64,000 nt of DNA from Naegleria gruberi (Eukaryota). A model generated the notes under the pieces. That model saw only the letters and a program-made list of their open reading frames with translations. It had not been told where the DNA came from and ran no database searches. The first letter of the stretch is position 1; each line of letters begins with the position of its first letter. The stretch is taken from NCBI GenBank assembly GCA_000004985.1, contig GG738846.1; one strand, 5' to 3'. Shown piece after piece: positions 1-10,223 of the stretch. Position numbers and translations under genes: made by a program.

Positions 1-489
1 ATGTTACAGCAATTGCCACCTTCTCCATCTTCAGTTGTTGGTAAACCTGCTTCAAACCCATCATCTCCTTCTTCTTCTGGTGCTGCTAGCTCTGCTAATA
101 TTAACACTACCAATGGTGGAAGACAAATTCTTGTTTGGGCCAATGGCATCAATACAGTTATTCCACTTGACTCTGAGACAAAACTCAAAGTTAAACCAGG
201 AGAAAACAAATCTCTCAATTTTATTAATATGCTGAATGGAAGAGCATTCAGAGGTTCATTGTCTAGTATAATACTATTGAATAAGGCCAGTGAATCGATG
301 GAAGATTTGATAAGGAGTGGCAAATCCTTTTTGAAAAATCATCAAAAGCCAACTGAAAAGCCAAATCTTATCAAGATGACTCAATCGCCTCAAAACTCAC
401 CCCAGAACCAGAAACATTTTCACAATGCTAATTTCCAACAAGAAATTCCTCCGAATGAGGGTGAAGAAGATGCACTGGTCTTTGCTTAA
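1..489 (+). CDS. 3' end of a gene beginning upstream of the window; Ser/Pro/Asn-rich low-complexity protein, function unknown
   Basis: Open frame from the window edge to TAA at 487-489. Low-complexity composition and no recognisable domain. Partial. Confidence 0.3.
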   Translation: MLQQLPPSPSSVVGKPASNPSSPSSSGAASSANINTTNGGRQILVWANGINTVIPLDSETKLKVKPGENKSLNFINMLNGRAFRGSLSSIILLNKASESMEDLIRSGKSFLKNHQKPTEKPNLIKMTQSPQNSPQNQKHFHNANFQQEIPPNEGEEDALVFA

Positions 490-685
490 CTAATTCAAAA
501 CGGTTAATTATTAATACACCAGATGCTCATTTAATGTACTACAGGAGAATAAGGCATTTTTTACCATTTGAATGTGAAGAATCCATCAGTTAGGTCATAA
601 CCTCTCGGCAAAAGGGAATGCAATGAAAGCTCAATGATTCGAAATTGTTGCTGTGATATTCACTCCGAATCTCCACACAAACAAA

Positions 686-1545
686 ATGTTAACAACCACC
701 ACAACCATCGCAACCACTACACAACAACAAGAAGGCGAGAAAACCTACATTATCAAACCTCTCACTGAGGAATACGTTCAACAGGCTGCTGTTTTGGCTG
801 CAACCTGTATTGCCAATGATGAACCATTGTGCTCAACATCGGGATTAACACCACCAGAAATGTTCTACTTTTGTGAATATTATGCAAGGATTGCAGCTAG
901 AGATAATTTGGGAGTGGTTGCAGTTGATAAGAAATCCAAGTAAGTTTTTCATTGTTTTCATCTCTCCTTGAGTGTTGCTTTTTAAATTGAATTTCACCTT
1001 AATGATGATGAATGTGATTGTTTTTATATAGTATGGTAATTGCTGCAATTATTTGTGAGGATTATGTGAAGGGTACTCTTGAGGGTTGTCCAGAAATTAT
1101 AGAACACTACTTTGGAGAGGGAAAGGGAGGATTCCAAAATGTTCTCAATTTATTAGACATTCTCCATGAAGATTATTGGAAGGGAAGAGATGAGGAAAAG
1201 AAAGCCCTCTTCCAACCAGAGAATATAGGACAAATTCTTCACATTTACATTGGTATTGCTTATCCATTTGCTAGAAGAGGAGGAGTTTCTTCTGAATTGA
1301 CTAAATATTTATTGAGAAATGTGAGAGAAAGAGGGTACAAGATGGCATTCACTGAAAGTACATCTGCCTTCTCTCAGGGATTGAGAAGAAAGTTTGGATT
1401 TGAAACTAAAACAAGTGTTACCTATTCTGATCCTACAATTCAAGAACGATTCCCATTCACAAAATCAGTTCCAGAACCTCACAAGACCTGTAACTTTATG
1501 TGGAATACAGATTTAAATAATACTGCCATGTTAAATAATGAATAA
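686..1545 (+). CDS. GNAT-family N-acetyltransferase; two exons 686..939 and 1032..1545 (intron 940..1031, GTAAGT...TATAG)
   Basis: ORFs 653..943 and 1018..1545 join in phase through a 92-nt intron (AA + T gives Asn). Acetyl-CoA binding motif region IAYPFARRGGVSSELTKYLL (R-x-x-G-x-G/A type) is present. First in-frame ATG is at 686; the track start at 653 is GTG. Confidence 0.55.
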
Positions 1546-1618
1546 CATGAATTTTCAATTCTACTATAAATTAAACAAGTTTTTCAATTAAATTTGATTT
1601 AAACCAAAACTCTTATTC

Positions 1619-3454
1619 TTAATATTTATTCAAATAGAATGAACAAGGAGATGAAGAATCAAACCATCCATCGCCATTTGCACACGTTCCATCGAAATGA
1701 TTGGCCTTAACTCTATAAAAGTTTGAGCTGTAATCATTGACAAAATCTTGAGCTGGAATTGTATTCTTACAACTGTAAAGTGGAACGACACCATCATTGT
1801 AATGAGTTGCTAAGAATGTTGAACCAACAATCTTCAATCCAATAGAAATACCTGACATTGGATGAACACCAAGCTTACTAACTCCACACATGTATCCCTT
1901 TACATACTGTTCAACAATTGGTTTAATTTGAGGCAACAAGTTACATTCAGTGGATAATGAATAGAGAGCTTCACTTGGTGTACCTGGTTTTTCACACAAA
2001 CCAAAATGAGTAACCAACTTGTCAATACCCAACTTGTGATTACAGAGAGCAGATCCAGCATTGGCAACAGAAGTTCCTTGAATAGGACCCATAATATTGT
2101 ACCATGATGTAGTTTCCTTATCGATTGAACAGTATCCATTCATGATTGCTCCAGCAAGCATCATATTTCCCATAGAGTGAGCGAAAATGATGGTATTCTT
2201 AATGACATTGTCCTTTGAATCACCCAAAATGATATTACAAACAGATTGTTGCAATTCAGTATTGATCCAACCTCTGTAATTTGTTTCTTCTCTCATGAAA
2301 ACTCTTTCAGAACATTGTGGAGTGTAATTGTCAATCTTACCCCAATATTCACCATCTCTGAAATGACTAGAGTGGAAAACTGGAGCTCCACTGAATTCCA
2401 TATTGGTACCATAACCATGAATAAAGACACATCTCTTCTTTGGAAGTTCAGCAACACTTCTTGCAGTGTTGTTTGTGTTCATGGTGGTGGATTGACTTTT
2501 ACATTTGGAACCTTGCAACCATGGTAAAATGCATGCATGTGAGTTGGATTGGAAAAAGTAGGCTCTTGTTGGATCTGCATTCATTTTCAAGGTGCTTCTC
2601 TTTTGTGGTTTTTCGTCTTCATCTAATTGCTCAATTAAGGCAGCATTGACTTTCTTTTTTGGGAATTTATGAGATTCATTTTGGAATTGTTCAATTGACT
2701 TTTGGAAATTAGAATTTGTGAATGTTTTAACAGTTACAATAAATTCTCTACCAACAATATGTTTGAGTGAAGAAATTTCTCTTCCATTCTTTACCAAACA
2801 AAGTAAAAAGTATTGTTCATGGAAATAGGTTACAACAATGTCAGAATCTTTACAAATTCCATCCATGACATTATCATAAATTTGATACTGATTACCACCC
2901 ACCACTTGTTGATTATAAAAGTAGGCATTATTCTCATAAGCTTGATTCAACATTTGATGGAATGGAATTTTGAAATTGGCAAATTGTTTCAATCTTTCAA
3001 CTTTTTCATCAGTGACAGGTTTACAATTTCTACCACATGCAGATTGTTCTTCACTATTGTAATGTTCCATTTGAGAATCGAAATAGTGAGTCAAATTGGC
3101 AGTAGAATGCACTTGACTTGTTTTGGAATAGATGTGATATGGAGAACGTTTATCACCTTCATTTCTTCTAATAAAGCCATGAATGGTAATATCCATCATT
3201 GAATCAACTCTTGATCGAACATGCAATTTGAAATTGGAAATGTTTGGAATGTTAAGCCAATTACCACTCAACTTGACAAATTCACCACCAACACCAACAG
3301 TTGCTGCTGCTGCTTGTTTGTTCTCTCCCACTTTGGAATGCAATGTTAAACTCTCAACTACATGTTGCATATTTACAATAAGAACATTAAGAACAAACAA
3401 TAGTGCTACTGCGAGGAACAGTGCGCCATTCATCTTGTTCTTCTTCTGAAGCAT
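1619..3454 (-). CDS. Secreted alpha/beta-hydrolase; C-terminal class-2 (Bacillus LipA-like) lipase domain with large N-terminal domain of unknown function
   Basis: ATG at 3454..3452. N-terminal signal peptide MNGALFLAVALLFVLNVLIV. C-terminal region has the HGYG oxyanion-type motif (VFIHGYGTNMEF) and nucleophile elbow AHSMG. Paralog of 45737..48004. Confidence 0.6.
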   Translation of the reverse strand: MLQKKNKMNGALFLAVALLFVLNVLIVNMQHVVESLTLHSKVGENKQAAAATVGVGGEFVKLSGNWLNIPNISNFKLHVRSRVDSMMDITIHGFIRRNEGDKRSPYHIYSKTSQVHSTANLTHYFDSQMEHYNSEEQSACGRNCKPVTDEKVERLKQFANFKIPFHQMLNQAYENNAYFYNQQVVGGNQYQIYDNVMDGICKDSDIVVTYFHEQYFLLCLVKNGREISSLKHIVGREFIVTVKTFTNSNFQKSIEQFQNESHKFPKKKVNAALIEQLDEDEKPQKRSTLKMNADPTRAYFFQSNSHACILPWLQGSKCKSQSTTMNTNNTARSVAELPKKRCVFIHGYGTNMEFSGAPVFHSSHFRDGEYWGKIDNYTPQCSERVFMREETNYRGWINTELQQSVCNIILGDSKDNVIKNTIIFAHSMGNMMLAGAIMNGYCSIDKETTSWYNIMGPIQGTSVANAGSALCNHKLGIDKLVTHFGLCEKPGTPSEALYSLSTECNLLPQIKPIVEQYVKGYMCGVSKLGVHPMSGISIGLKIVGSTFLATHYNDGVVPLYSCKNTIPAQDFVNDYSSNFYRVKANHFDGTCANGDGWFDSSSPCSFYLNKY

Positions 3455-3879
3455 TATGATTGTGTGTGAATTCGTTTTTTTTGTCTCGATATATTCCCAC
3501 TAGTTCCTTTAATATATTGCTCAAATAAGGATCCTGCTGTGCAAATCGGGGACGTAACGTTGTGAGAGTCTCACTTTGTGAAACCTCATCATCAATATCA
3601 AGCATTCATTGTTATCCTCACAGGCTTGTGTGAAACAAACGGCAACGGTTCAAAATTCTGAGGACGAAAGGACAAACCTGAAATCCCTTCCTTAGTATGA
3701 GGAGTCTTATTAAGGTCTTGTGTGAAGATTTTTTGGAAAGCTCAGAATTTTCCGTAAATTTTGAAAGGTGTATTTGAATGAATTTAAGAGCGTAGATATA
3801 ATGTTAATTACAAAAATTTATAATGTTAATTACTATTATATAGTTTAATAGTTTACAAATTATTAAATATTATTACCTA

Positions 3880-6021
3880 TTAAACAAGTCTTGTTTTTTC
3901 AGTTGTGTTCTTTTCAATAGTAGTGGAGTTGGCGCTGGCAGATGGAGAATTTTCTGATGAAATTTCATCAAATCGTACATAACGATTGACAACTCCTGCA
4001 GCAATAGTATCTCCATAAATATTAACAGTAGTTCTGGCACGATCCAAAAACCAATCTACCGATAAAATTAATCCAACAGATTCTAAGATCAAGCTTAATA
4101 TTGTAAACACATTGAAAAAACAAACCTTTTGGTAATCCAACAGATTCAATCACGAGAATGAGAGTGACAAGTCCAGCTTCAGGAATACCAGCAGCACCAA
4201 TCGAGGCCAAAGTGGCTGTGATTGCAACAATGATCATTTGTCCAATACTCAATTCAATACCAAGGGCCTGAGCAATAAAAATACAAGCAACGGCCTCATA
4301 AGATGCTGTACCGTCCATGTTTACACTTTTCAAAGGGTTTTGTAAATAATCCCTGACTAAATACTTACGTGCTTCCAAGTGGCAACACAAATGATGCCAC
4401 CTCCCTTTGAATGTTTCCTCTCTCTTCACAACATTTCATTGTTAAAGGAAGAGTTGCACTGGAACTAGCTGTGCCCATCTATTATTATTCATTGTGATAT
4501 TACAGTTAGAGATATATATTTAGGATATTGAAAGCTCAAAACTTACACCAGTTAAAAGGGCTGGAAAAACTGCCAATAAATGTTTCAAAATATTCCTTCT
4601 CACCAAAATCGTGTACAAGAAAGTAAGCGTAACAAACGAGTGGAATGCCAATCCAGAGAATACAGTAGCAATATAGAGAGCTAATTGAGACATGGCCTGT
4701 AACAAATCCTTCTCCTTCACACATCTCCAAATAATTAAAAACATAATACCAATAGGAGCATAACAAATGATAATGCTCACCATTTTCAAAATTATAACAT
4801 TGAGTGAGTTGAAAATCTTGATTATTGGTTTTGCTGGCTCACCAACTGCTAACATAACTAGAGCAAAGAAAATGGAGAACACAATCAATCCTAAAACATT
4901 GACACTTCCACCAACAGTATTGGATGCTGCATCAATAAGATTATTTGGAACAAAGCTTTCAATAATTGAAATAATTTGATGATAAGAACTCTTATCTCCA
5001 CCAGTTGAATTATTAGTTCCATTGATACTAGTATCCATAAGCATATTGGTTGCGAAAACACCCATCACACCTCCAATTGGATACATTTCACCTTGTAAAT
5101 TGATACTTGGTTGATTATTAAAGTAGAGAGTTGATTGAGTTGTTTCATTATTTTGATTAATATTAATCTTTCCAGGTTGAATCAAATTGACCATCACCAA
5201 TCCTGTAACAACTGCAATAAACGTTGTCATTAAATAAAAACTCAAAGTTAAACAGGCCATCTTCATCAGTGCAGAGTGTTTCTTCTTTTGTACTTGAGCA
5301 TAATTATCATTCATAGTTCCATTATTATTATTATTAGTACTACCACTAACAATTGGTTCAGTATTAGAATCTTGAGAATTATCAATGGATTGTCTTGAAT
5401 TGGCTGGTGGTGTATCATTTTCCTTAATGGTATCGACAATGGATGTAATAGATGTGACCATACTGGACACAATCAATGGAACAATCAAACAATTCAAAGC
5501 TCTCAAAAACAATTCACCAGGTAATTTCAAAAAATCAATTGTCATTTGTGAAATTTCAATGGTAGGATTCGAGCCATGAGCCGAAACATTCAAACTAATT
5601 CCAATAATCAATCCCAACACAACACCAATCAATGTCAATATCAACATTAAATTATGTATTATCCAATTCCACAACATTCTCAAAAACCTAACAAATTTCG
5701 ACTTGTCTTGAACCTCTAATTGTCCATCCAAACCCAATTCTTCTCCATCATCATTACTTCCATTATTATTATCGTATGACCATCATTTTCCACTGCTATT
5801 GGATCAACAGTCGGGTGAGCATTCAACATGGAAAAGGATGTCAATTCCTGAGCAGTTTCATCATCCTCCATTACATCATGTTGATGTGTTCTTCTTCTCC
5901 TATTATTATTATGATTGTCCATCATCATCGTGGTATTATTATTATGTGAGGCTGATCCACCACCAATACCGGAAAGATGATCCTCTCCATCCTGACTCTC
6001 CAGAGCACCATACATTGTCAT
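3880..6021 (-). CDS. SLC1/EAAT-family (dicarboxylate/amino acid:cation symporter) transporter; 5 exons: 6021..5781, 5715..4547, 4478..4369, 4325..4126, 4082..3880
   Basis: Hallmark EAAT motifs: [62 protein letters not shown]. Introns at 4481..4546 (GTAAGT), 4326..4368 (GTAAGT, 43 nt) and 4083..4125 (GTTTGT, 43 nt) were read directly and restore the expected TSSSATLP...FVLP...NMDGTA order. The first intron (about 5716..5780) has a non-consensus GTCATA donor and is uncertain. Confidence 0.7.
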
Positions 6022-6495
6022 TGCTTTTTGTTGGGAACCACAAAGATGATGAATTTTGCTTTTTTGCTTTTTTGCTAAAGTGGTGTTTTTGAGATTCTTT
6101 TTTCAGATTTTAATTGTAAACTAGAGATTTTTAATTTATTTTGGATGACAATCTTAGTAGTAATGTAAAACAATGTTTAATTGAGGTAGATAATAAGATA
6201 ATAATATATTGAATATTAACAATTGGAGAGAAATGTTTGAAGATTAGCGGAATTGTGAAAATTGAAAATTGAAACTGAATCAAATTGGTAATTGCACATC
6301 TAGTACAAACAGTTGATATCAAGATTTAAAAAAATGACTGAACTTTATGAACATGTGAAGAGGGAATTGTTACAAATCAAACATTGGCCGATGATTCGCC
6401 ACTTTCTTCATGTAATTTAAAATTTGTTAACATTTCCAATACACAAGAATATTTCAAAGCACATTCATTGTTTATAAGTATTCGATCGGAATATA

Positions 6496-7439
6496 TGAGA
6501 AAGTTTCTGAAAAGATTCAGATTGGATGAAAAATTGAATGAAATTGTATTGGATGAGGATTTATTTCAATCAATTTGTGCATATATTGAAACTTTGTATA
6601 GTTTTGAAAAATGGAAAGAGTTGGAAGATGATTTCGAGCTGTTGGAGAGAGTGAAACAATTGGTGGGCGAAGATTTGATTCAAGAAACCATGAATCAATA
6701 CCAGTATGATCAGGATTGTGCCTCAATATTTGAAAGTGTTCAGAAACTCAATTCTATTACTAGCAAAAGACAGAGTTTTTTTACAAGACCTCCTGTAAAT
6801 GAGTCATTTGCTAAGAATTCGTGGGATCTTACCGTAATTGTACAAGATCCAACGAATGGAGAGGAGAAAACATTTTTTCTGCACAAGTTATTTATGAAAA
6901 GATGTCCATATTTCTCTACAGTACTCAGTTCTGGAATGATTGAAAGCCAAACCAATGAGTTGACTTTTAATTCGATATCTATTGCGGCTTTTGAGAAGGT
7001 GTTGGAATATTGCTATACTAATGCATTTATTCCAACTCTGGAAACTTGCATTGAAATTTATGTATTTTCTGGCTTTATTGAACTCTCTGCATTGAGAGAA
7101 TTGGCCTTCAAATATGTCAAAACAAAGATTGGAATTAGAGGAAATGAGCAATTGGCAACTGAATTATTAATGATACCAGATTTTAGAGATGATCCAAATG
7201 TGAAATTGGCATGCTTAAATGCAATTAAAAAAAATGTGAAAAAAATGGTCTTCCCTGAGAATGCATTATTGGTTTCCCTCAATTTACTTCCAACAGATTT
7301 CAAAGATCAAATTTTAATGCATAGATTGGGCTCTCTTTTAGCCGATCAATACGATCTTATTAAGGATAAATATCATGATATTCCTTTACAAGTTAGAGAG
7401 ACTATTCAACAACAAATGAAACTCAAGTTAAGAAAATAA
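6496..7439 (+). CDS. BTB/POZ domain protein
   Basis: BTB-like segment FFLHKLFMKRCPYFSTVLSSG...FEKVLEYCYTN...LSALRELAFKYV. The ORF-track start at 6384 is TTG; first in-frame ATG is at about 6496, and an upstream exon cannot be excluded. Confidence 0.45.
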
Positions 7440-7447
7440 AATATCAT

Positions 7448-9703
7448 TTAAACTTTCAAACTTTCAGTCAATTTCTTTCTAAATGATTCAACATCAAGCA
7501 TGTCTCGTGTAATTTCTGCTTTTTGTTCTGCTGAAAGTTTTGTACTCTCGGCTATAAAATCCAACAATTGCTGATATAGAGAGACTAATTGTTCGATGAT
7601 TGGTTCTAATAACTTGGTGGTTGTCTTGTCTTCATTCAGATAGAGCTTCATTAGTTCCTTAATATAGGTTAGTTTGGTGGTCATTTCCTCATTCATTTCG
7701 CTCTTGATATTGGAAATTTCTTTCATTATTTCACTAGTTTCTTGTGAGTCCTTATTGATGTTATTCTTCTTGATAAAGTTCATACAAGAATCAGCAACAT
7801 GCTTTACAGTGTTGAGGATGAAATTCTCACAAGCGAGCTTGAGTTGCTTTTCAAGATCTCTCTTCGAATCAGTGCTATTAACAACCAACCTTGGTCTTGT
7901 TTGACTGAGTAAATCAAAAATAAGACTGGTGACACTGAAACTTGCTTGTCCCTTCAAAAATCTTGAAATGCCCTCATACAAATGGGAAAAATCGAGTGTA
8001 GTCTGTGTTTTGGTAAAACTAACATTAAAGTAGCTCAATTCTTGTAAAAGAGTTAAAAAGTGGCTAATTAAAAATAGGGACCCATTCAATGCATCTGTCT
8101 TGTCAGAAATCTTCTTACTGGCATCAATGAATGACATGGAGCAAATAGTGACAGCCTCCTGTGCCATTCCCTCAAAAACTACCACATCCAATGCACTAAA
8201 AAGTTTACTCAACAATGCAACAGTCCACCCAAGAGTTGGATAGTGAATGTCTAGTTGTTTCCTTGCAGTTTCTGAGGAGGAAGGATCATTCTGTGCTTTG
8301 AGCTTGTTTGGATAATCAATATCTTCTGGATGTGGAACATATCTCGCAATTTCATTCGTAATAAATAATGAAGTTCTATAGATTAATCTCTCTTGAATGT
8401 CTTGAATCATAGCGTGTACCATATGTTCAATGGCTTGACTAGGTTTTCCCTTGTTTTGCACACGCTCGACAAGAATGTCACTTCTCAAAATATCAATTAA
8501 AGAACACAAAGTATCTATTCTATTCTCTTCAATGATCAACTCTCTTACTCTTTCATAAAGAATATTGGTAACACCCTTCATAAAGTGAGAAAATTTGTTT
8601 CCAATCTGACGATTATCTTTAGAAAGTGAAAATAATTGTTGGAAGAGTTGGGTTTCTTGGGAGCATATTTGAATCATGTATTCACATGATGATCTGATAA
8701 ATTTAGTCTTGAAAGTCTTTTCATTCTCACTTTGCTTGGCTTGATTGAGTAGGAGAGTAATTCTTCTTTCTATTGAAAGACCCAACAATACTCCTCTCTG
8801 TTGAATGAAAATATCAAACAGATCCGTGATAAAAACTGAAGACTCTCTTCTTCCTCCTCGTTTCTCTAACTCTCTAATAAGAGCTTTCAGTGGATCAACA
8901 GCAACCTTAAAGTCAATGTACAAGTGGGTCATCTCCTGAATGGAATCATCAATAGAGTTGAGAGATTTTAATTTTACAAATTGTGCGTCTGTGGTTGCCT
9001 TTATCTTTGATCCGATCGTGTCTCTCAAGTGAGCCAGCGATTTGGAGAGAAGATATTTGTGCTTGGTGAGGAAGGTCTTGGCTTCCTTGTATTCCAAATT
9101 AGCTGAAAGGAAATTAATAGAATCATCCAATTTTCCAATAGTTTTGATAAATGTTTCACCATTAACATCTAAAAATCCACTGGATGTTAATTGTTGATTC
9201 AAGAAATCCATATCATCAAAGTGTAACAATCTATTTTCCAATTCCTTGCTAAACTTTTCCAATTGTTCCGTTTCCTTGACAAGTGTTTCACAATCGTGAT
9301 GTAATCGACTGGTTTTTTGTGAGACTAATTGATATTGTTCTTGTAAATCATCGGAGAGTGCCAAAGTATTATTACTGGCCACAATCAACGAATGACTCAA
9401 CTCTTGATAGTGTCTCAATTTTGTTAAATAATCTTCATAGGGTTTATCCACTTGTTGATCAAAGTCATGTTGATAGAGAAAATCACCAGAATTCCAAACA
9501 GAAAAATCGACAAGACTACTTTGCTGATCATCTGCTGCTGATGATGAAGAAGATGGTGGCTTATCCATTGTTGAATAATCGTGATTAAATTCCTGATGAA
9601 TTTCTTCTAACAATAATTCCTCCTCTCTCGATAGGAGTGTATTCTTCTCCCATTCCGATATGATAACACTCATAGGTTTGGTGCTTGATGTGGTGGTGGA
9701 CAT
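7448..9703 (-). CDS. cog3: Conserved oligomeric Golgi complex subunit 3 (COG3/Sec34-like)
   Basis: ATG at 9703..9701. Segment QYQLVSQKTSRLHHDCETLVKETEQL...FSKELENRL resembles the conserved Sec34 core (QYVFVSNKTSSLHEACEQLL...YFNELENI) recalled from memory. Single exon of 751 aa. Confidence 0.55.
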   Translation of the reverse strand: MSTTTSSTKPMSVIISEWEKNTLLSREEELLLEEIHQEFNHDYSTMDKPPSSSSSAADDQQSSLVDFSVWNSGDFLYQHDFDQQVDKPYEDYLTKLRHYQELSHSLIVASNNTLALSDDLQEQYQLVSQKTSRLHHDCETLVKETEQLEKFSKELENRLLHFDDMDFLNQQLTSSGFLDVNGETFIKTIGKLDDSINFLSANLEYKEAKTFLTKHKYLLSKSLAHLRDTIGSKIKATTDAQFVKLKSLNSIDDSIQEMTHLYIDFKVAVDPLKALIRELEKRGGRRESSVFITDLFDIFIQQRGVLLGLSIERRITLLLNQAKQSENEKTFKTKFIRSSCEYMIQICSQETQLFQQLFSLSKDNRQIGNKFSHFMKGVTNILYERVRELIIEENRIDTLCSLIDILRSDILVERVQNKGKPSQAIEHMVHAMIQDIQERLIYRTSLFITNEIARYVPHPEDIDYPNKLKAQNDPSSSETARKQLDIHYPTLGWTVALLSKLFSALDVVVFEGMAQEAVTICSMSFIDASKKISDKTDALNGSLFLISHFLTLLQELSYFNVSFTKTQTTLDFSHLYEGISRFLKGQASFSVTSLIFDLLSQTRPRLVVNSTDSKRDLEKQLKLACENFILNTVKHVADSCMNFIKKNNINKDSQETSEIMKEISNIKSEMNEEMTTKLTYIKELMKLYLNEDKTTTKLLEPIIEQLVSLYQQLLDFIAESTKLSAEQKAEITRDMLDVESFRKKLTESLKV

Positions 9704-10223
9704 TTTTTTGTAATCAATAAAAATAATTATTTAATATAACAATAAATTAAATATTGAATATTATTAAACAATCAAACTACAAATATGGTGGATAAAAAAC
9801 CTTAAATATGAATTGTTTCCTCTCTACTGTAAAAAACAGTAAAAAAGCCTGAGTAAGTAATCGTTGAAAAGACCACATAATATGAAGTGTCCTCAAGCCA
9901 CCTTATGCATTACACATCTTACATTGTTCAACAATGTTATTTATACAAAGTATCACTTTACATTGTTGCATTACCATTCCTCGAACCTCTTCTTTTTTGT
10001 TCATAGGAGTCATGAAGTGGTGACCCATTCATGGATTCATTACCTTATACCTCCTTTTTCAAGTGTGATCGTATTGAGGTGAGCATTACTGTTGATTCAA
10101 AGTCGAATGGATTGGTTCGTTCGTTCCAATGGTTTGGAGAGTTTGAGCGCTTTGCCAAGGCCTGGATGGAATATTTTCAAACTCAACACACTTTAGGAGA
10201 CGGTCTCCAAACACACTTAAAAA

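Noticed and set aside
653-685. ORF-track start codons translated as M at GTG/TTG (for example 653, 1018, 5737, 6384, 13963, 23250, 33192, 33576, 60037, 61015, 63036)
   Set aside because: These are not credible initiation codons in a eukaryote. Starts were moved to the first in-frame ATG or explained as exon-internal positions after splice reconstruction.
1900-2649. Short ORFs (79, 93, 69 aa) nested in or antisense to the lipase-like gene
   Set aside because: They overlap a well-supported long CDS on the opposite or same strand, lack ATG starts (alternative-start artefacts) and show no domain signal. The same reasoning rejects the many 60-100 codon ORFs nested in the COG3, OSC, DEAH, USP and cyclase genes.
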